DNA of 24,000 nt from Candidatus Dojkabacteria bacterium (lineage in GTDB: Bacteria; Patescibacteriota; Dojkabacteria; B142; WJKM01). The stretch is from positions 1-24,000 of the forward strand of contig JAGQLH010000001.1 in NCBI GenBank assembly GCA_020429465.1, given 5' to 3'. Position 1 is the stretch's first letter. Each line of letters opens with the position of its first letter. The position numbers and the translations under genes are program-made. Positions 1 through 8,178 of this stretch are shown piece after piece. Under the pieces are notes generated by a model. The model had not been told where the DNA came from and made no database searches. It was given only the letters and a program-made list of their open reading frames with translations.

Positions 1-2
1 TG

Positions 3-209
3 TCACTCGCATGGCTTTCACAAGGATTTTTTGGAGCATATGTTGATTATGCACGTAAAACTTCTAAACATATAGACGTAGTGGGAGGATTACTCATAGC
101 AAGCGAAGCTGGAGCCATTGAAGAGAAATGGGAAGTTGCTGATGGTCTTTATCGTTCAATAGTTGCTAGGCCTGAGGTGGTTGAGATAATTAAGGGGCTT
201 TTAGACTAG
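3..209 (+). CDS. Inositol monophosphatase (IMPase/SuhB) family protein, C-terminal fragment; 5' end lies outside the window
   Basis: Frame 3 is open from the window edge to TAG at 207-209. The translation ...LAWLSQGFFGAYVDYARKTSKHIDVVGGLLIASEAGAIEEKWEVADG... resembles the C-terminal D-x-x-G-G-x-L-I-x-x-E-A-G-G segment of IMPase-fold phosphatases. It is absent from the ORF track because no start lies in the window. Confidence 0.5.
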   Translation, partial: SLAWLSQGFFGAYVDYARKTSKHIDVVGGLLIASEAGAIEEKWEVADGLYRSIVARPEVVEIIKGLLD

Positions 210-906
210 GCGGTTCAATATATAGTTGATTGGTTTGTATTAATTTGGTTCCTAGTAGGAGTAAGCCAGACCCAAAAAGAATCCACGCTATTCGTATTGT
301 AAAAGCAAAAAATAATTCATCAGGTAGTATAGCTTTCATGAGGCTTTTCTTTGGATCGAACGCGTAGTTATCGGTAAAGAAAACCTCGTGGAACCAAATG
401 AATAAGTGGTCAAAGTCAAATAATAGGTAGGAAATACCCAGAGCCATAAGAGATCCAAGTATAAGCATTCCGCATACAGATAATACACGTATTATGTGTT
501 CTGAGAATACATTACCAAATGTTGTACTTTCTTGGGTTTTTACTAGTAAGCTATATCCAATAATATCCCCTACTCCTATTGTGAATAGGACTACTCCCCA
601 CACCATTGCTGTATCTAGAATGTTTTGTACATCCTGTAAGTGAAGGAATTCGTTTTGATTAAACCTAGTTCTATCAAGTTCCTCCCGATGAGAAAGAAAT
701 TTAAGGATATTTTTAATGCTTTCCTCTGCAGTTGAAAATTCCACGTATTCAGTTATTCCGAGTTCTTCAAATTGTTTTGTATAAAAGGATACGTCGTAAG
801 TTGCGTACAGGATTATAGCGATAGTAATCGCAAGTGTCAGGCACACTGAGGAGGAGATAGTAAAGATATATTTTAATAGTTTTGTACGCTTAATTTGGTT
901 GTACAT
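190..906 (-). CDS. Integral membrane protein, TIGR01906/DUF1461-like (Lit-type fold suggested by eye)
   Basis: 238-aa ORF with an N-terminal TM helix and a soluble segment carrying F-N-x-N-E-F-L-H-L-x-D-V, which matches the DUF1461 'E..HM.DV' motif. Three or more C-terminal TM helices follow. Its start lies 2 nt after the ruvC stop, suggesting an operon. Confidence 0.65.
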   Translation of the reverse strand: MYNQIKRTKLLKYIFTISSSVCLTLAITIAIILYATYDVSFYTKQFEELGITEYVEFSTAEESIKNILKFLSHREELDRTRFNQNEFLHLQDVQNILDTAMVWGVVLFTIGVGDIIGYSLLVKTQESTTFGNVFSEHIIRVLSVCGMLILGSLMALGISYLLFDFDHLFIWFHEVFFTDNYAFDPKKSLMKAILPDELFFAFTIRIAWILFGSGLLLLGTKLIQTNQLYIEPPSLKAP

Positions 907-908
907 AC

Positions 909-1421
909 TTAGACCCTTACAGTATTTAGGTGGCAGATTGCTACTGCTAGTGCATCTGCAGCATCATCCGGCTTAGGTAATTCTTTTAAATTTAAAATCA
1001 TTTGAACCATTTTTTGTACTTGTTTTTTATCTGCTCTTCCATACCCACTCACAGCCTGTTTAACTTGTAAGGGAGTATAATCGAAAAGTTCAAGTCCTGC
1101 TTGTGTTCCTGTAAGCATAATAACTCCTCGAGCCTGACCAACTTTTATAACTGTTTTCTGGTTTTTAAAGAAGAATAGATCCTCTATTGCCATATGTGTA
1201 GGTTTGAATTCTTTAATTAAAGCAGATAACTCATCGTGTATTTGTTCAAGTCGAATATGCATAGGAAATTTTGCCTCTGTGCGTATTACTCCATATCCAT
1301 GTACTTTGTATTTAGATTTTTGAATTGTATCTATTTCAACTACCCCCCATCCAGTTATGGCAGTTCCTACATCTATACCAATAACAATGGGTCTTTCATT
1401 ATATTTTTTAATAATGTTCAA
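909..1421 (-). CDS. ruvC: Crossover junction endodeoxyribonuclease RuvC
   Basis: Carries IGIDVGTAITGWGVVE (catalytic Asp), AIEDLFF (catalytic Glu) and DDAADALAVAICH (C-terminal acidic pair). Length of 170 aa is typical. The start codon is TTG. Confidence 0.9.
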   Translation of the reverse strand: MNIIKKYNERPIVIGIDVGTAITGWGVVEIDTIQKSKYKVHGYGVIRTEAKFPMHIRLEQIHDELSALIKEFKPTHMAIEDLFFFKNQKTVIKVGQARGVIMLTGTQAGLELFDYTPLQVKQAVSGYGRADKKQVQKMVQMILNLKELPKPDDAADALAVAICHLNTVRV

Positions 1422-1644
1422 GGTTTTTTAGTTTCTTGAATTTTATATAATTTAGAAAAGAGTGATGATCGATCCTGCAGTAACTCATTATATGTACTCA
1501 GTTCAATAATTTTACTATCGTTAAATACATAAGGCTTTTCAGTGAAACAAGACCATGTGTAATTATAACGACAGCCTCGTTTTTGTAAATAGCTCTTGCT
1601 ATGCTTCCCAAGTTCGTCCCAAGAAAATAGGATTCTTTAGAACG

Positions 1645-4600
1645 TTATTTTGTTAATTTTTTAAGCCATTCTCCAGTATAGCTTTTTTTAGATTTCATGA
1701 TTTCCTTTGGAGTTCCTTGTGCAATTATTTCCCCTCCACGAATTCCTCCTTCGGGTCCAATATCTACAATCCAGTCTGCAGTCTTAATTACATCTAAATT
1801 ATGTTCTATCACGAGTACAGTATTGCCTTTCGCTACAAGCGAATGAAGAACTACTAATAGTTTGCGAACATCTTCAAAATGCAAACCAGTAGTTGGTTCA
1901 TCAAGGATATATATTGTTTGTCCAGTTGATCGTTTACTTAATTCCGATGCAAGTTTTACACGTTGTGCTTCTCCACCCGAGAGTGTGGTAGCTGATTGAC
2001 CAAGTCTAATATAACTAAGTCCAACATCATTTAAGGTTTTTAGCTTGTTATAGATTGAAGGTATATTTGCAAAAAATTCAACCCCCTCCTCTACTGTCAT
2101 ATCAAGTACATCGGCAATTGTTTTTCCCTTGTAATCAATTTGTAATGCTTCTCTGTTGTATCGTTTGCCTTTACAGGTATCACAAGTTACATATACATCT
2201 GGCAAAAATTGCATTTCAATTTTTATGAGCCCATCTCCTTTGCATGTCTCACATCTTCCTCCTTTAACATTAAAACTGAATCGACCGGGTTTATATCCTC
2301 TTATTCGGGCTTCTTTTGTTTTTGCAAATACGTCTCGAATAGCTGTAAATACACCGGTGTAGGTAGCAGGGTTTGATCGTGGTGTTCTCCCAATTGGGGA
2401 CTGATCTATATTTACAACCTTGTCAAGATTTGAAACCCCATGTACTTCTTTGTAATTTCCTGGTTGTTTTTTTGCATTGTTCAATCGTTGGGCCAAGATT
2501 GGGTAGAGCGTTTCGTTAATAAGGGATGATTTTCCTGATCCAGAAACACCTGTAACACAAACAAAATCACCGAGCGGAATTTCTAATGTTACTTCTTTTA
2601 GGTTGTTATGTGTACATCCTGTCAGTCGTAATTCATACTTATTCTTTTTTTCTTTCTTGGCCAGATCAAATTTTGGTACAACCTCTTTTACCTCTTTGTA
2701 GATATCTGTCCGGGAAATTTGCTTCTTTCCTGAAAGGTACTGACCAGTTGTTGAGTTTGGATTCTCAATTATTTCCTTTGGGGTACCTTCAGCTATAACA
2801 GTACCACCATGTTCTCCTGCTCCTGGTCCAATATCTAAAACATAATCTGATGTAAGAATAGTATCCTCATCATGCTCAACGACAAGTACAGTATTTCCAA
2901 TGTCTCGAAGATTCTCTAATGTTTTTATTAATCGATCATTATCTCGCTGATGAAGTCCAATTGATGGTTCATCTAAAACATAAAGAACTCCTGTAAGCCC
3001 AGTACCTATTTGAGATGCAAGCCGAATCCGTTGTGCTTCTCCTCCAGAGAGAGTTTTTGCAGTTCTTGAAAGCGTGAGATACTCAAGTCCGACGGCAAGT
3101 AAAAAGTCTAATCGTGCTTCTATCTCTCTAAAAATTTGTTTACCTATTTGTAACTCTTGATCGGTGAGAAGATCTTCTTTTATTTCTATGGGCCGTATTC
3201 CTAGATATGTTTGCATGCTAGAAATAAACTGTTCTTTTGAATCTGTCCCAGATTTAATTTCAGTAATCCATTCCCGTGCATCTTCTATAGACATTGCTGT
3301 AATATCCACAATATTTCTTCCATGAATACTAACTGAAAGTGCATAGTTGCGTAGCCTTAATCCATTACACTCAGGACATGTCATTTCCTGCATGTACTTC
3401 TCTATCTCTTTTCGAATATAGTCTGAATCAGTTTCATTATATCTACGCATTAAGTTCGGAATAACACCTTCAAATGGTTTTTCATATGAACGTTTTGCTC
3501 CGTCGCTTTTTCGAACATACGTGAATGTGTATTTTTTCTTTCCACTACCATTGAAAAGAATGGTCCGTTGTTCTTCAGTCATATCGGCTATAGGTTTTCG
3601 TGGATCAAAGCCTTCTACATCTGCAATAGCTTTTATTTGTTGCATTGACCACGAATTTGGATCATCTGCTACCTTTGCCCATGGGTATACACCACCTTCG
3701 CTTATGGATAGTTTAGGATTGTAAAGCATACCTAAAGAAATTTCTTTTATTGACCCTAATCCATTACAGTGTTTACAAGCACCATGTGGGGAGTTAAATG
3801 AGAACGTATGAGGTTCGATTTCTGGGAAAGACTTCCCTGATGAAGGATCTACATAATTCTCAGAAAAGAAAATATCAGCCCAGGTTTCATCAGTTGTTTT
3901 AGCACTTAATTCCTCTAGTTTCTCTTTTGTTACTTCGGAAGCGTCTAATGCGACAAGCAACTCTTGTTCACCAAGATTCAAAGCTGCTTCTACAGAATCC
4001 GTAACTCGTTTGATAAAATCTTCATCCTCTGTATGTTCAGGTTTTATCACTAATCGATCAATAATTACTTCGATAGAATGCTTTTTATATCTGTCTAGTT
4101 TAATAGTTTCTTCCAGGCTAAATACTTCACCATTCACCCGAGCTCGGACGTATCCTTGAGCTAAAAACCGTTTGAACAGTTCTTCGTAAGTTCCTTTCCT
4201 ATTTTTTACAACTGGGGCCATAAGCATGATTTTGGCTTGATCAGTTTCAATTTTTTGTGGCAAAGAAAGAATAGTATCTACAATTTGTTGAACACTTTGA
4301 CGTTGAAGTCGTTTTCCTGTTATTGGACTTCGTGCGTGACCTACTCGAGCAAACAATAACCTAAGGTAATCATAGATCTCAGTTATTGTTCCAACGGTAG
4401 AACGTGGATTGTGTCCTGATGATTTCTGGTCTATTGATATTGCAGGTGAGAGTCCTGTTATGATTTCAACATCAGGTTTTTCCATCAATCCAAGAAATTG
4501 GCGAGCATAGGCAGATAGGGATTCGACATACTTTCGTTGTCCTTCTGCGTAGATAGTGTCGAATGCTAATGAAGATTTTCCACTTCCAGATAGGCCTGTT

Positions 4601-4689
4601 ACGACAACTAGCTTATTTTTTGGGATATCCACATCTATATTTTTTAGATTATGTGTTTTCGCACCCCTCACTTGGATTTTATCTGCCAT
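1645..4689 (-). CDS. uvrA: Excinuclease ABC subunit A (UvrA)
   Basis: 1014 aa with two ABC ATPase modules ([23 protein letters not shown] and [17 protein letters not shown]) and two LSGGEAQR signatures. Zinc modules are present ([25 protein letters not shown]...CDTCKGKRY). Confidence 0.97.
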   Translation of the reverse strand: MADKIQVRGAKTHNLKNIDVDIPKNKLVVVTGLSGSGKSSLAFDTIYAEGQRKYVESLSAYARQFLGLMEKPDVEIITGLSPAISIDQKSSGHNPRSTVGTITEIYDYLRLLFARVGHARSPITGKRLQRQSVQQIVDTILSLPQKIETDQAKIMLMAPVVKNRKGTYEELFKRFLAQGYVRARVNGEVFSLEETIKLDRYKKHSIEVIIDRLVIKPEHTEDEDFIKRVTDSVEAALNLGEQELLVALDASEVTKEKLEELSAKTTDETWADIFFSENYVDPSSGKSFPEIEPHTFSFNSPHGACKHCNGLGSIKEISLGMLYNPKLSISEGGVYPWAKVADDPNSWSMQQIKAIADVEGFDPRKPIADMTEEQRTILFNGSGKKKYTFTYVRKSDGAKRSYEKPFEGVIPNLMRRYNETDSDYIRKEIEKYMQEMTCPECNGLRLRNYALSVSIHGRNIVDITAMSIEDAREWITEIKSGTDSKEQFISSMQTYLGIRPIEIKEDLLTDQELQIGKQIFREIEARLDFLLAVGLEYLTLSRTAKTLSGGEAQRIRLASQIGTGLTGVLYVLDEPSIGLHQRDNDRLIKTLENLRDIGNTVLVVEHDEDTILTSDYVLDIGPGAGEHGGTVIAEGTPKEIIENPNSTTGQYLSGKKQISRTDIYKEVKEVVPKFDLAKKEKKNKYELRLTGCTHNNLKEVTLEIPLGDFVCVTGVSGSGKSSLINETLYPILAQRLNNAKKQPGNYKEVHGVSNLDKVVNIDQSPIGRTPRSNPATYTGVFTAIRDVFAKTKEARIRGYKPGRFSFNVKGGRCETCKGDGLIKIEMQFLPDVYVTCDTCKGKRYNREALQIDYKGKTIADVLDMTVEEGVEFFANIPSIYNKLKTLNDVGLSYIRLGQSATTLSGGEAQRVKLASELSKRSTGQTIYILDEPTTGLHFEDVRKLLVVLHSLVAKGNTVLVIEHNLDVIKTADWIVDIGPEGGIRGGEIIAQGTPKEIMKSKKSYTGEWLKKLTK

Positions 4690-4800
4690 TTGTAAATGAT
4701 TCTAAATAAAGTCTTAATCTGTTGATAATCAGCATAAATTTTATCATGAAAATTTGCTCTTTTGATTTTTTATACCGTATACTGTGCTTAGGGCATTTGG

Positions 4801-6132
4801 ATGTCTTATTTTGTGCCCATAATTTTTGCACTATGTTATTTATTACAAATCTTTTCCATGCCGGCAAAAAAGAACTCAGAAGAACAATCTTCTCCTCCCA
4901 AAAAACTCGATAGAGCTCGTTTGCATAATAGAGGTGAGATAGATGCATCGGATGATGGTGGTTCGCTTCGCGCAATTATCATTTTAGTAATTATTATTGT
5001 AGCAGTTGCAGTAGGTGGTGCTTTTCTTGTAAGAAGCATTCAAAATTCTAGGTTGAATCAAGAGCAGGATGATACAGTGACTGATGCAGATGTCACGCCA
5101 ACACCAACCCCAGAAGATGAAGAGTTAGATGAACCTGATCTCTCAGACCAAATACTTTCTTCAGACGTACTACCTGACTCTGAAGCTGAATTTGTTACAG
5201 AAGAGTCAGATTATATTACGGAAGATACTCAATTCGAGGGAGATGAAGAAGCTACATTCGCTCTTTCTTCTGTAGTAGGACAGCCATATGAGACATTTTA
5301 CAGATTAGTATTCACCTTTGATTCTCCGGATTCTCCTGAGATTATGGTTCCTCCTACTGATGTGAACTATCGGAATATCAGTCAAGAAGTCGAAGTTTCA
5401 TTCTTGAATACTACAGAGGATACTTCAGGGATTGAAATTGGACAGTCAGTTGTAGCTAAGAATTCAACATTCTCATCTCTTGTGAAAAGCGCACGATCAA
5501 CTGAAGATGTAGTTATTTACAAAATTCAGTTTAATGAGAGTACTTCATATGCTGCTCAAATTCATGAAAATGAGTTTATTCTCGATATTTTTGAGGTAGA
5601 TCCGCTCTCAGCAAATGATACTGAGGATTTGGATGATGATGACACTACATTATTAGAAGACGAAGATAGTGAGGATGAAGATCAAGATGATGTGGAAGAT
5701 GAGGATACATCTTCATCAAGTAGTATTGGTTCTGGAAGTAAAACAGAGATTGCAGGAAGTGGTGATAGTATGGGAGCAATTTCAGGATTTAGTTTCTTTG
5801 ATTCCTCTGATAAATTTACCTACCAGCTCAAATTAGCTGATGAAAATGTTCCAAAAATTACTTCTTCTGTAGAGGAAGATGATGACGAAGTAGTAATAAC
5901 ATTTGTGATTGAAGATATTCGGTTCGATGCATTGCCAAAAGATGGCGTAGGATACCGTGACTTTACAGAAGGAGGGGTAACAAATATGTCAGAGCTAAAT
6001 ATTAGACATGCAGGAAATAAATCTGAATATGCATTTAGCATGAAGGAAGAAGCTGAATACACTATTTATATTGATGATTCAAAAGAAGAATTTGACGAAA
6101 ATCGGATTATAATTGAATTTATGCATCCGTAA
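4801..6132 (+). CDS. Hypothetical single-pass membrane protein with poly-acidic linkers and two beta-rich repeats
   Basis: 443-aa ORF. An alternative and perhaps more likely start is ATG 4858 (MPAKKNSEE...). It has a TM helix (AIIILVIIIVAVAVGGAFLV), D/E-rich low-complexity tracts and two similar-looking beta-strand-rich segments. I recognise no family. Confidence 0.7.
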   Translation: MSYFVPIIFALCYLLQIFSMPAKKNSEEQSSPPKKLDRARLHNRGEIDASDDGGSLRAIIILVIIIVAVAVGGAFLVRSIQNSRLNQEQDDTVTDADVTPTPTPEDEELDEPDLSDQILSSDVLPDSEAEFVTEESDYITEDTQFEGDEEATFALSSVVGQPYETFYRLVFTFDSPDSPEIMVPPTDVNYRNISQEVEVSFLNTTEDTSGIEIGQSVVAKNSTFSSLVKSARSTEDVVIYKIQFNESTSYAAQIHENEFILDIFEVDPLSANDTEDLDDDDTTLLEDEDSEDEDQDDVEDEDTSSSSSIGSGSKTEIAGSGDSMGAISGFSFFDSSDKFTYQLKLADENVPKITSSVEEDDDEVVITFVIEDIRFDALPKDGVGYRDFTEGGVTNMSELNIRHAGNKSEYAFSMKEEAEYTIYIDDSKEEFDENRIIIEFMHP

Positions 6133-6153
6133 ATAACCTCATCATAAATTTTC

Positions 6154-6190
6154 CGTAGGGACGCAAAATTTTGCGTCCCTACGTTTTTTT
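6154..6190. terminator. Rho-independent terminator between convergent genes, probably bidirectional
   Basis: Perfect 15-bp palindromic stem CGTAGGGACGCAAAA/TTTTGCGTCCCTACG (6154-6183) followed by T7 (6184-6190). Outer arms ATCATAAATT (6141-6150) and AATTTATGAT (6192-6201) extend it to a 61-bp composite inverted repeat. Confidence 0.85.
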
Positions 6191-6201
6191 GAATTTATGA
6201 T

Positions 6202-7566
6202 TTATGGTCGCATGCGGTTTAACATTCGAGCGAATGGAATGGTTTCTCGAATATGGTGAATCCCAGAAATAAAACGAACAGTTCGTTCTAGCCCTATTCC
6301 AAATCCTGAGTGAGGAATTGTTCCATACTTACGTAGATCCATATACCACTCATAGTCTTCATGAGGGTAATTATGTTGGTCTATGATATCCAGCATTTCA
6401 TTGTAATCAAATATACGCTCTGATCCACCCATTAGCTCTCCAAATCCTTCAGGTGCTACTAGATCCACAGCTCGTGAGCGGAGAAGTTTATCCCCATCAT
6501 ACTGTACTCGAGTCATATAGAAAGCTTTAATTTCTGCTGGCCAATCTGTGACGAATACTGGGACATCGTAAAGTTCTGCTAACTTTGCTTCTTCAGGGGA
6601 TCCTATATCGTCAAGTGGACTCAGTCCCATATCGTATTTTTCGTTTAGCACTTCTATCGTTTCTGCGTGTGTAAGTCGAACGAATGATTTATCGACATAC
6701 CGTTGTAGTGCTTCTGTATCTCGTTCAAGAACTTGTAACTCTCGCTTACAATTTTTTAGACAATCACTAATAAGACGCTTTAAAAGTGCTTCTTCAAAAT
6801 CCATTAACCCATTTAAGTCAGTAAATGGAAGCTCTGCATCCATCATCCAAAATTCAATGAGATGTTTACGTGTCTTTGATTTTTCTGCTCTAAATACTGG
6901 TCCAAAGTCATATGTTCTTCCGAGAGCAAATTCAGCCGCCTCACAGTAGAGTTGTCCTGACTGTGTAAGGTATGTTTTATCTCCAAAATAATCTACTTCG
7001 AATAATTCAGAAGTGTCTTCGCATGAAACTGGTTGAAAAATTGGTGTATCAATACGAATAAATCCTTCTTCCCTAAGGAAGCTAGTCATGCTGAAGAATA
7101 TTTCATCTCGTATTTTGAGTACAGCTCTTTGTGTGGTAGAACGTAGCCAAAGGTGTCGATTATCCATGAGAAATTCAGGTCCGTGCTCTTTGTTGCTAAT
7201 CGGAAATTCTGGAGAAATTTGAATAATCTTTATATCAGTCAGATCCATTTCAAATCCAAATGGTGAACGATCGTCCTTTCGGACGACACCCTTTACTTGG
7301 AGTGAGGATTCCTGTGTGAGTTCTTGAACATCATTCCAAATTTGCTCAGAAACCTTGGGTTGTTCAACAATGATTTGGATATCGCCACTTCCGTCTCTAA
7401 ACTCTAAGAAGCTGATTTTTCCGGAACCACGTTTTTTATAAACCCAGCCATGAAGTGTCACTTCTTGCCCATCATATTGTGCGATATCCTTCAATAGAAC
7501 TGAGTCGTCTAATTCAGAGGCAGATTTGATTCTGGGTAAGTATTGTTTATCGAGTTTTTGTAGCAT
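6202..7566 (-). CDS. asnS: Asparagine--tRNA ligase (class IIb; archaeal-type C-terminus)
   Basis: N-terminal OB fold (ISFLEFRDGSGDIQIIV). QSGQLY...FGPVFRAEKSKTRKHLIEFWMMDAE matches motif 2 with the SGQL and EFWM signatures that favour AsnRS over AspRS. GGSERI and HSGFGIGLERTVRFISGIHHIRETIPFAR match motif 3. A cognate tRNA-Asn lies immediately upstream. Confidence 0.85.
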   Translation of the reverse strand: MLQKLDKQYLPRIKSASELDDSVLLKDIAQYDGQEVTLHGWVYKKRGSGKISFLEFRDGSGDIQIIVEQPKVSEQIWNDVQELTQESSLQVKGVVRKDDRSPFGFEMDLTDIKIIQISPEFPISNKEHGPEFLMDNRHLWLRSTTQRAVLKIRDEIFFSMTSFLREEGFIRIDTPIFQPVSCEDTSELFEVDYFGDKTYLTQSGQLYCEAAEFALGRTYDFGPVFRAEKSKTRKHLIEFWMMDAELPFTDLNGLMDFEEALLKRLISDCLKNCKRELQVLERDTEALQRYVDKSFVRLTHAETIEVLNEKYDMGLSPLDDIGSPEEAKLAELYDVPVFVTDWPAEIKAFYMTRVQYDGDKLLRSRAVDLVAPEGFGELMGGSERIFDYNEMLDIIDQHNYPHEDYEWYMDLRKYGTIPHSGFGIGLERTVRFISGIHHIRETIPFARMLNRMRP

Positions 7567-7710
7567 TGCTATATGGTGTAAATTAAAACGAGTAGTATTT
7601 ACTGTCTACTGAGCAGGAAATCGATCCACCAAAATCCCACGAAGTCGGAATGAAGGAGGAGACTTTAATCCAAGCTATAGTTCCACGCATGAAATCTGTA
7701 GAAGAGTCTG

Positions 7711-7783
7711 CTGAGCAGGTAGGACTCGAACCTACAACCACTCGATTAACAGTCGAGAGCTCTACCAATTGAGCTACTGCTCA
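7711..7783 (-). tRNA. tRNA-Asn (anticodon GTT), 73 nt, CCA not encoded
   Basis: Manual cloverleaf on the minus strand: acceptor TGAGCAG/CTGCTCA, D arm GCTC-AATTGGTA-GAGC, anticodon arm CTCGA-CTGTTAA-TCGAG and T arm GTAGG-TTCGAGT-CCTAC. The variable loop is TGGTT and the discriminator is G. The next bases are CAG, not CCA. Confidence 0.93.
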
Positions 7784-7897
7784 GCAGACTCTTCATATAT
7801 TTGTACAACAATCTAGTAGACTTTAAATACTTTACCTCTTCTACGTCCTACTTCACTAAATCATGTAGAATTTCGGTAGGTAATAGATACTTGTAAT

Positions 7898-7920
7898 AAA
7901 AAAATCCCTTTCGGGATTTT
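7898..7920 (-). terminator. Intrinsic terminator hairpin, proposed as the 3:4 element of the Asn attenuator
   Basis: Minus strand reads AAAAUCCC-GAAA-GGGAUUUU followed by UUU, giving 7 consecutive U. It has a GNRA tetraloop and lies 115 nt upstream of the tRNA-Asn 5' end. The stem is short with 3 GC pairs, so strength is modest. Confidence 0.55.
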
Positions 7921-7954
7921 GTTAGTTCTATCATTTTTCAACAACAAAAGCCCT

Positions 7955-8011
7955 TTAGAGTTGGGTTATATTCAAATTTGAATTATTATTGTTGTTGATT
8001 TGTTTTCTCAT
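7955..8011 (-). CDS. Candidate leaderless Asn-rich leader peptide (18 aa: MRKQINNNNNSNLNITQL)
   Basis: The reading is ATG AGA AAA CAA ATC AAC AAC AAT AAT AAT TCA AAT TTG AAT ATA ACC CAA CTC TAA. The ATG begins 6 nt after a perfect TATAAT. Seven of 18 codons are Asn and five are consecutive. It is too short for the ORF track. Support is contextual: promoter, alternative helices, terminator and a downstream Asn operon. Confidence 0.45.
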   Translation of the reverse strand: MRKQINNNNNSNLNITQL

Positions 8012-8017
8012 AGGAGT

Positions 8018-8046
8018 ATTATAAAAGAAGAGGTAGGTGAATGCAA
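8018..8046 (-). promoter_or_regulatory. Sigma70-type promoter for the leader/tRNA-Asn/asnS transcription unit
   Basis: Minus strand has TTGCAT (8046-8041), a 17-nt spacer and TATAAT (8023-8018). The predicted +1 coincides with the A of ATG at 8011. The region is AT-rich, so a chance match is possible. Confidence 0.45.
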
Positions 8047-8178
8047 ATATTTTTACTTACTATTAATATAGTATATAATCAGTTCGACTTTTGTAATGTA
8101 GGTGTGAGGATTACGTTACTAGAAGAGATTGGAGATTAGGTTGAGAAAATATCTTTGATATATAAAACAAACTTGCTT

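Noticed and set aside
4679-4975. 98-aa minus-strand ORF overlapping the uvrA start and the 4801 ORF
   Set aside because: It overlaps two better-supported genes and the divergent promoter region. Its composition looks like translated AT-rich intergenic sequence.
7567-7710. Possible T-box riboswitch in front of asnS (GGTGGATCG loosely resembles the T-box GGGUGGNACCGCG)
   Set aside because: The spacer is only 144 nt and the T-box core match is poor beyond GGUGG. I found no Stem I with an AAC specifier or a K-turn, and no convincing terminator/antiterminator pair. The similarity is better explained as a degenerate copy of the tRNA T-arm/acceptor region.
7583-7768. 61-aa ORF on the minus strand from the ORF track
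   Set aside because: It runs through the tRNA-Asn gene (7711-7783) and the tRNA-asnS spacer. It has no recognisable protein features and is best explained as a chance ORF over an RNA gene.
8041-8139. 32-codon plus-strand ORF (MQIFLLTINIVYNQFDFCNVGVRITLLEEIGD) preceded by a GAGG, upstream of the AcyP-UppS gene
   Set aside because: No other gene here uses an SD-like element, so the GAGG is probably coincidental. The ORF overlaps the -35 of the minus-strand leader promoter and has no supporting structure or context.
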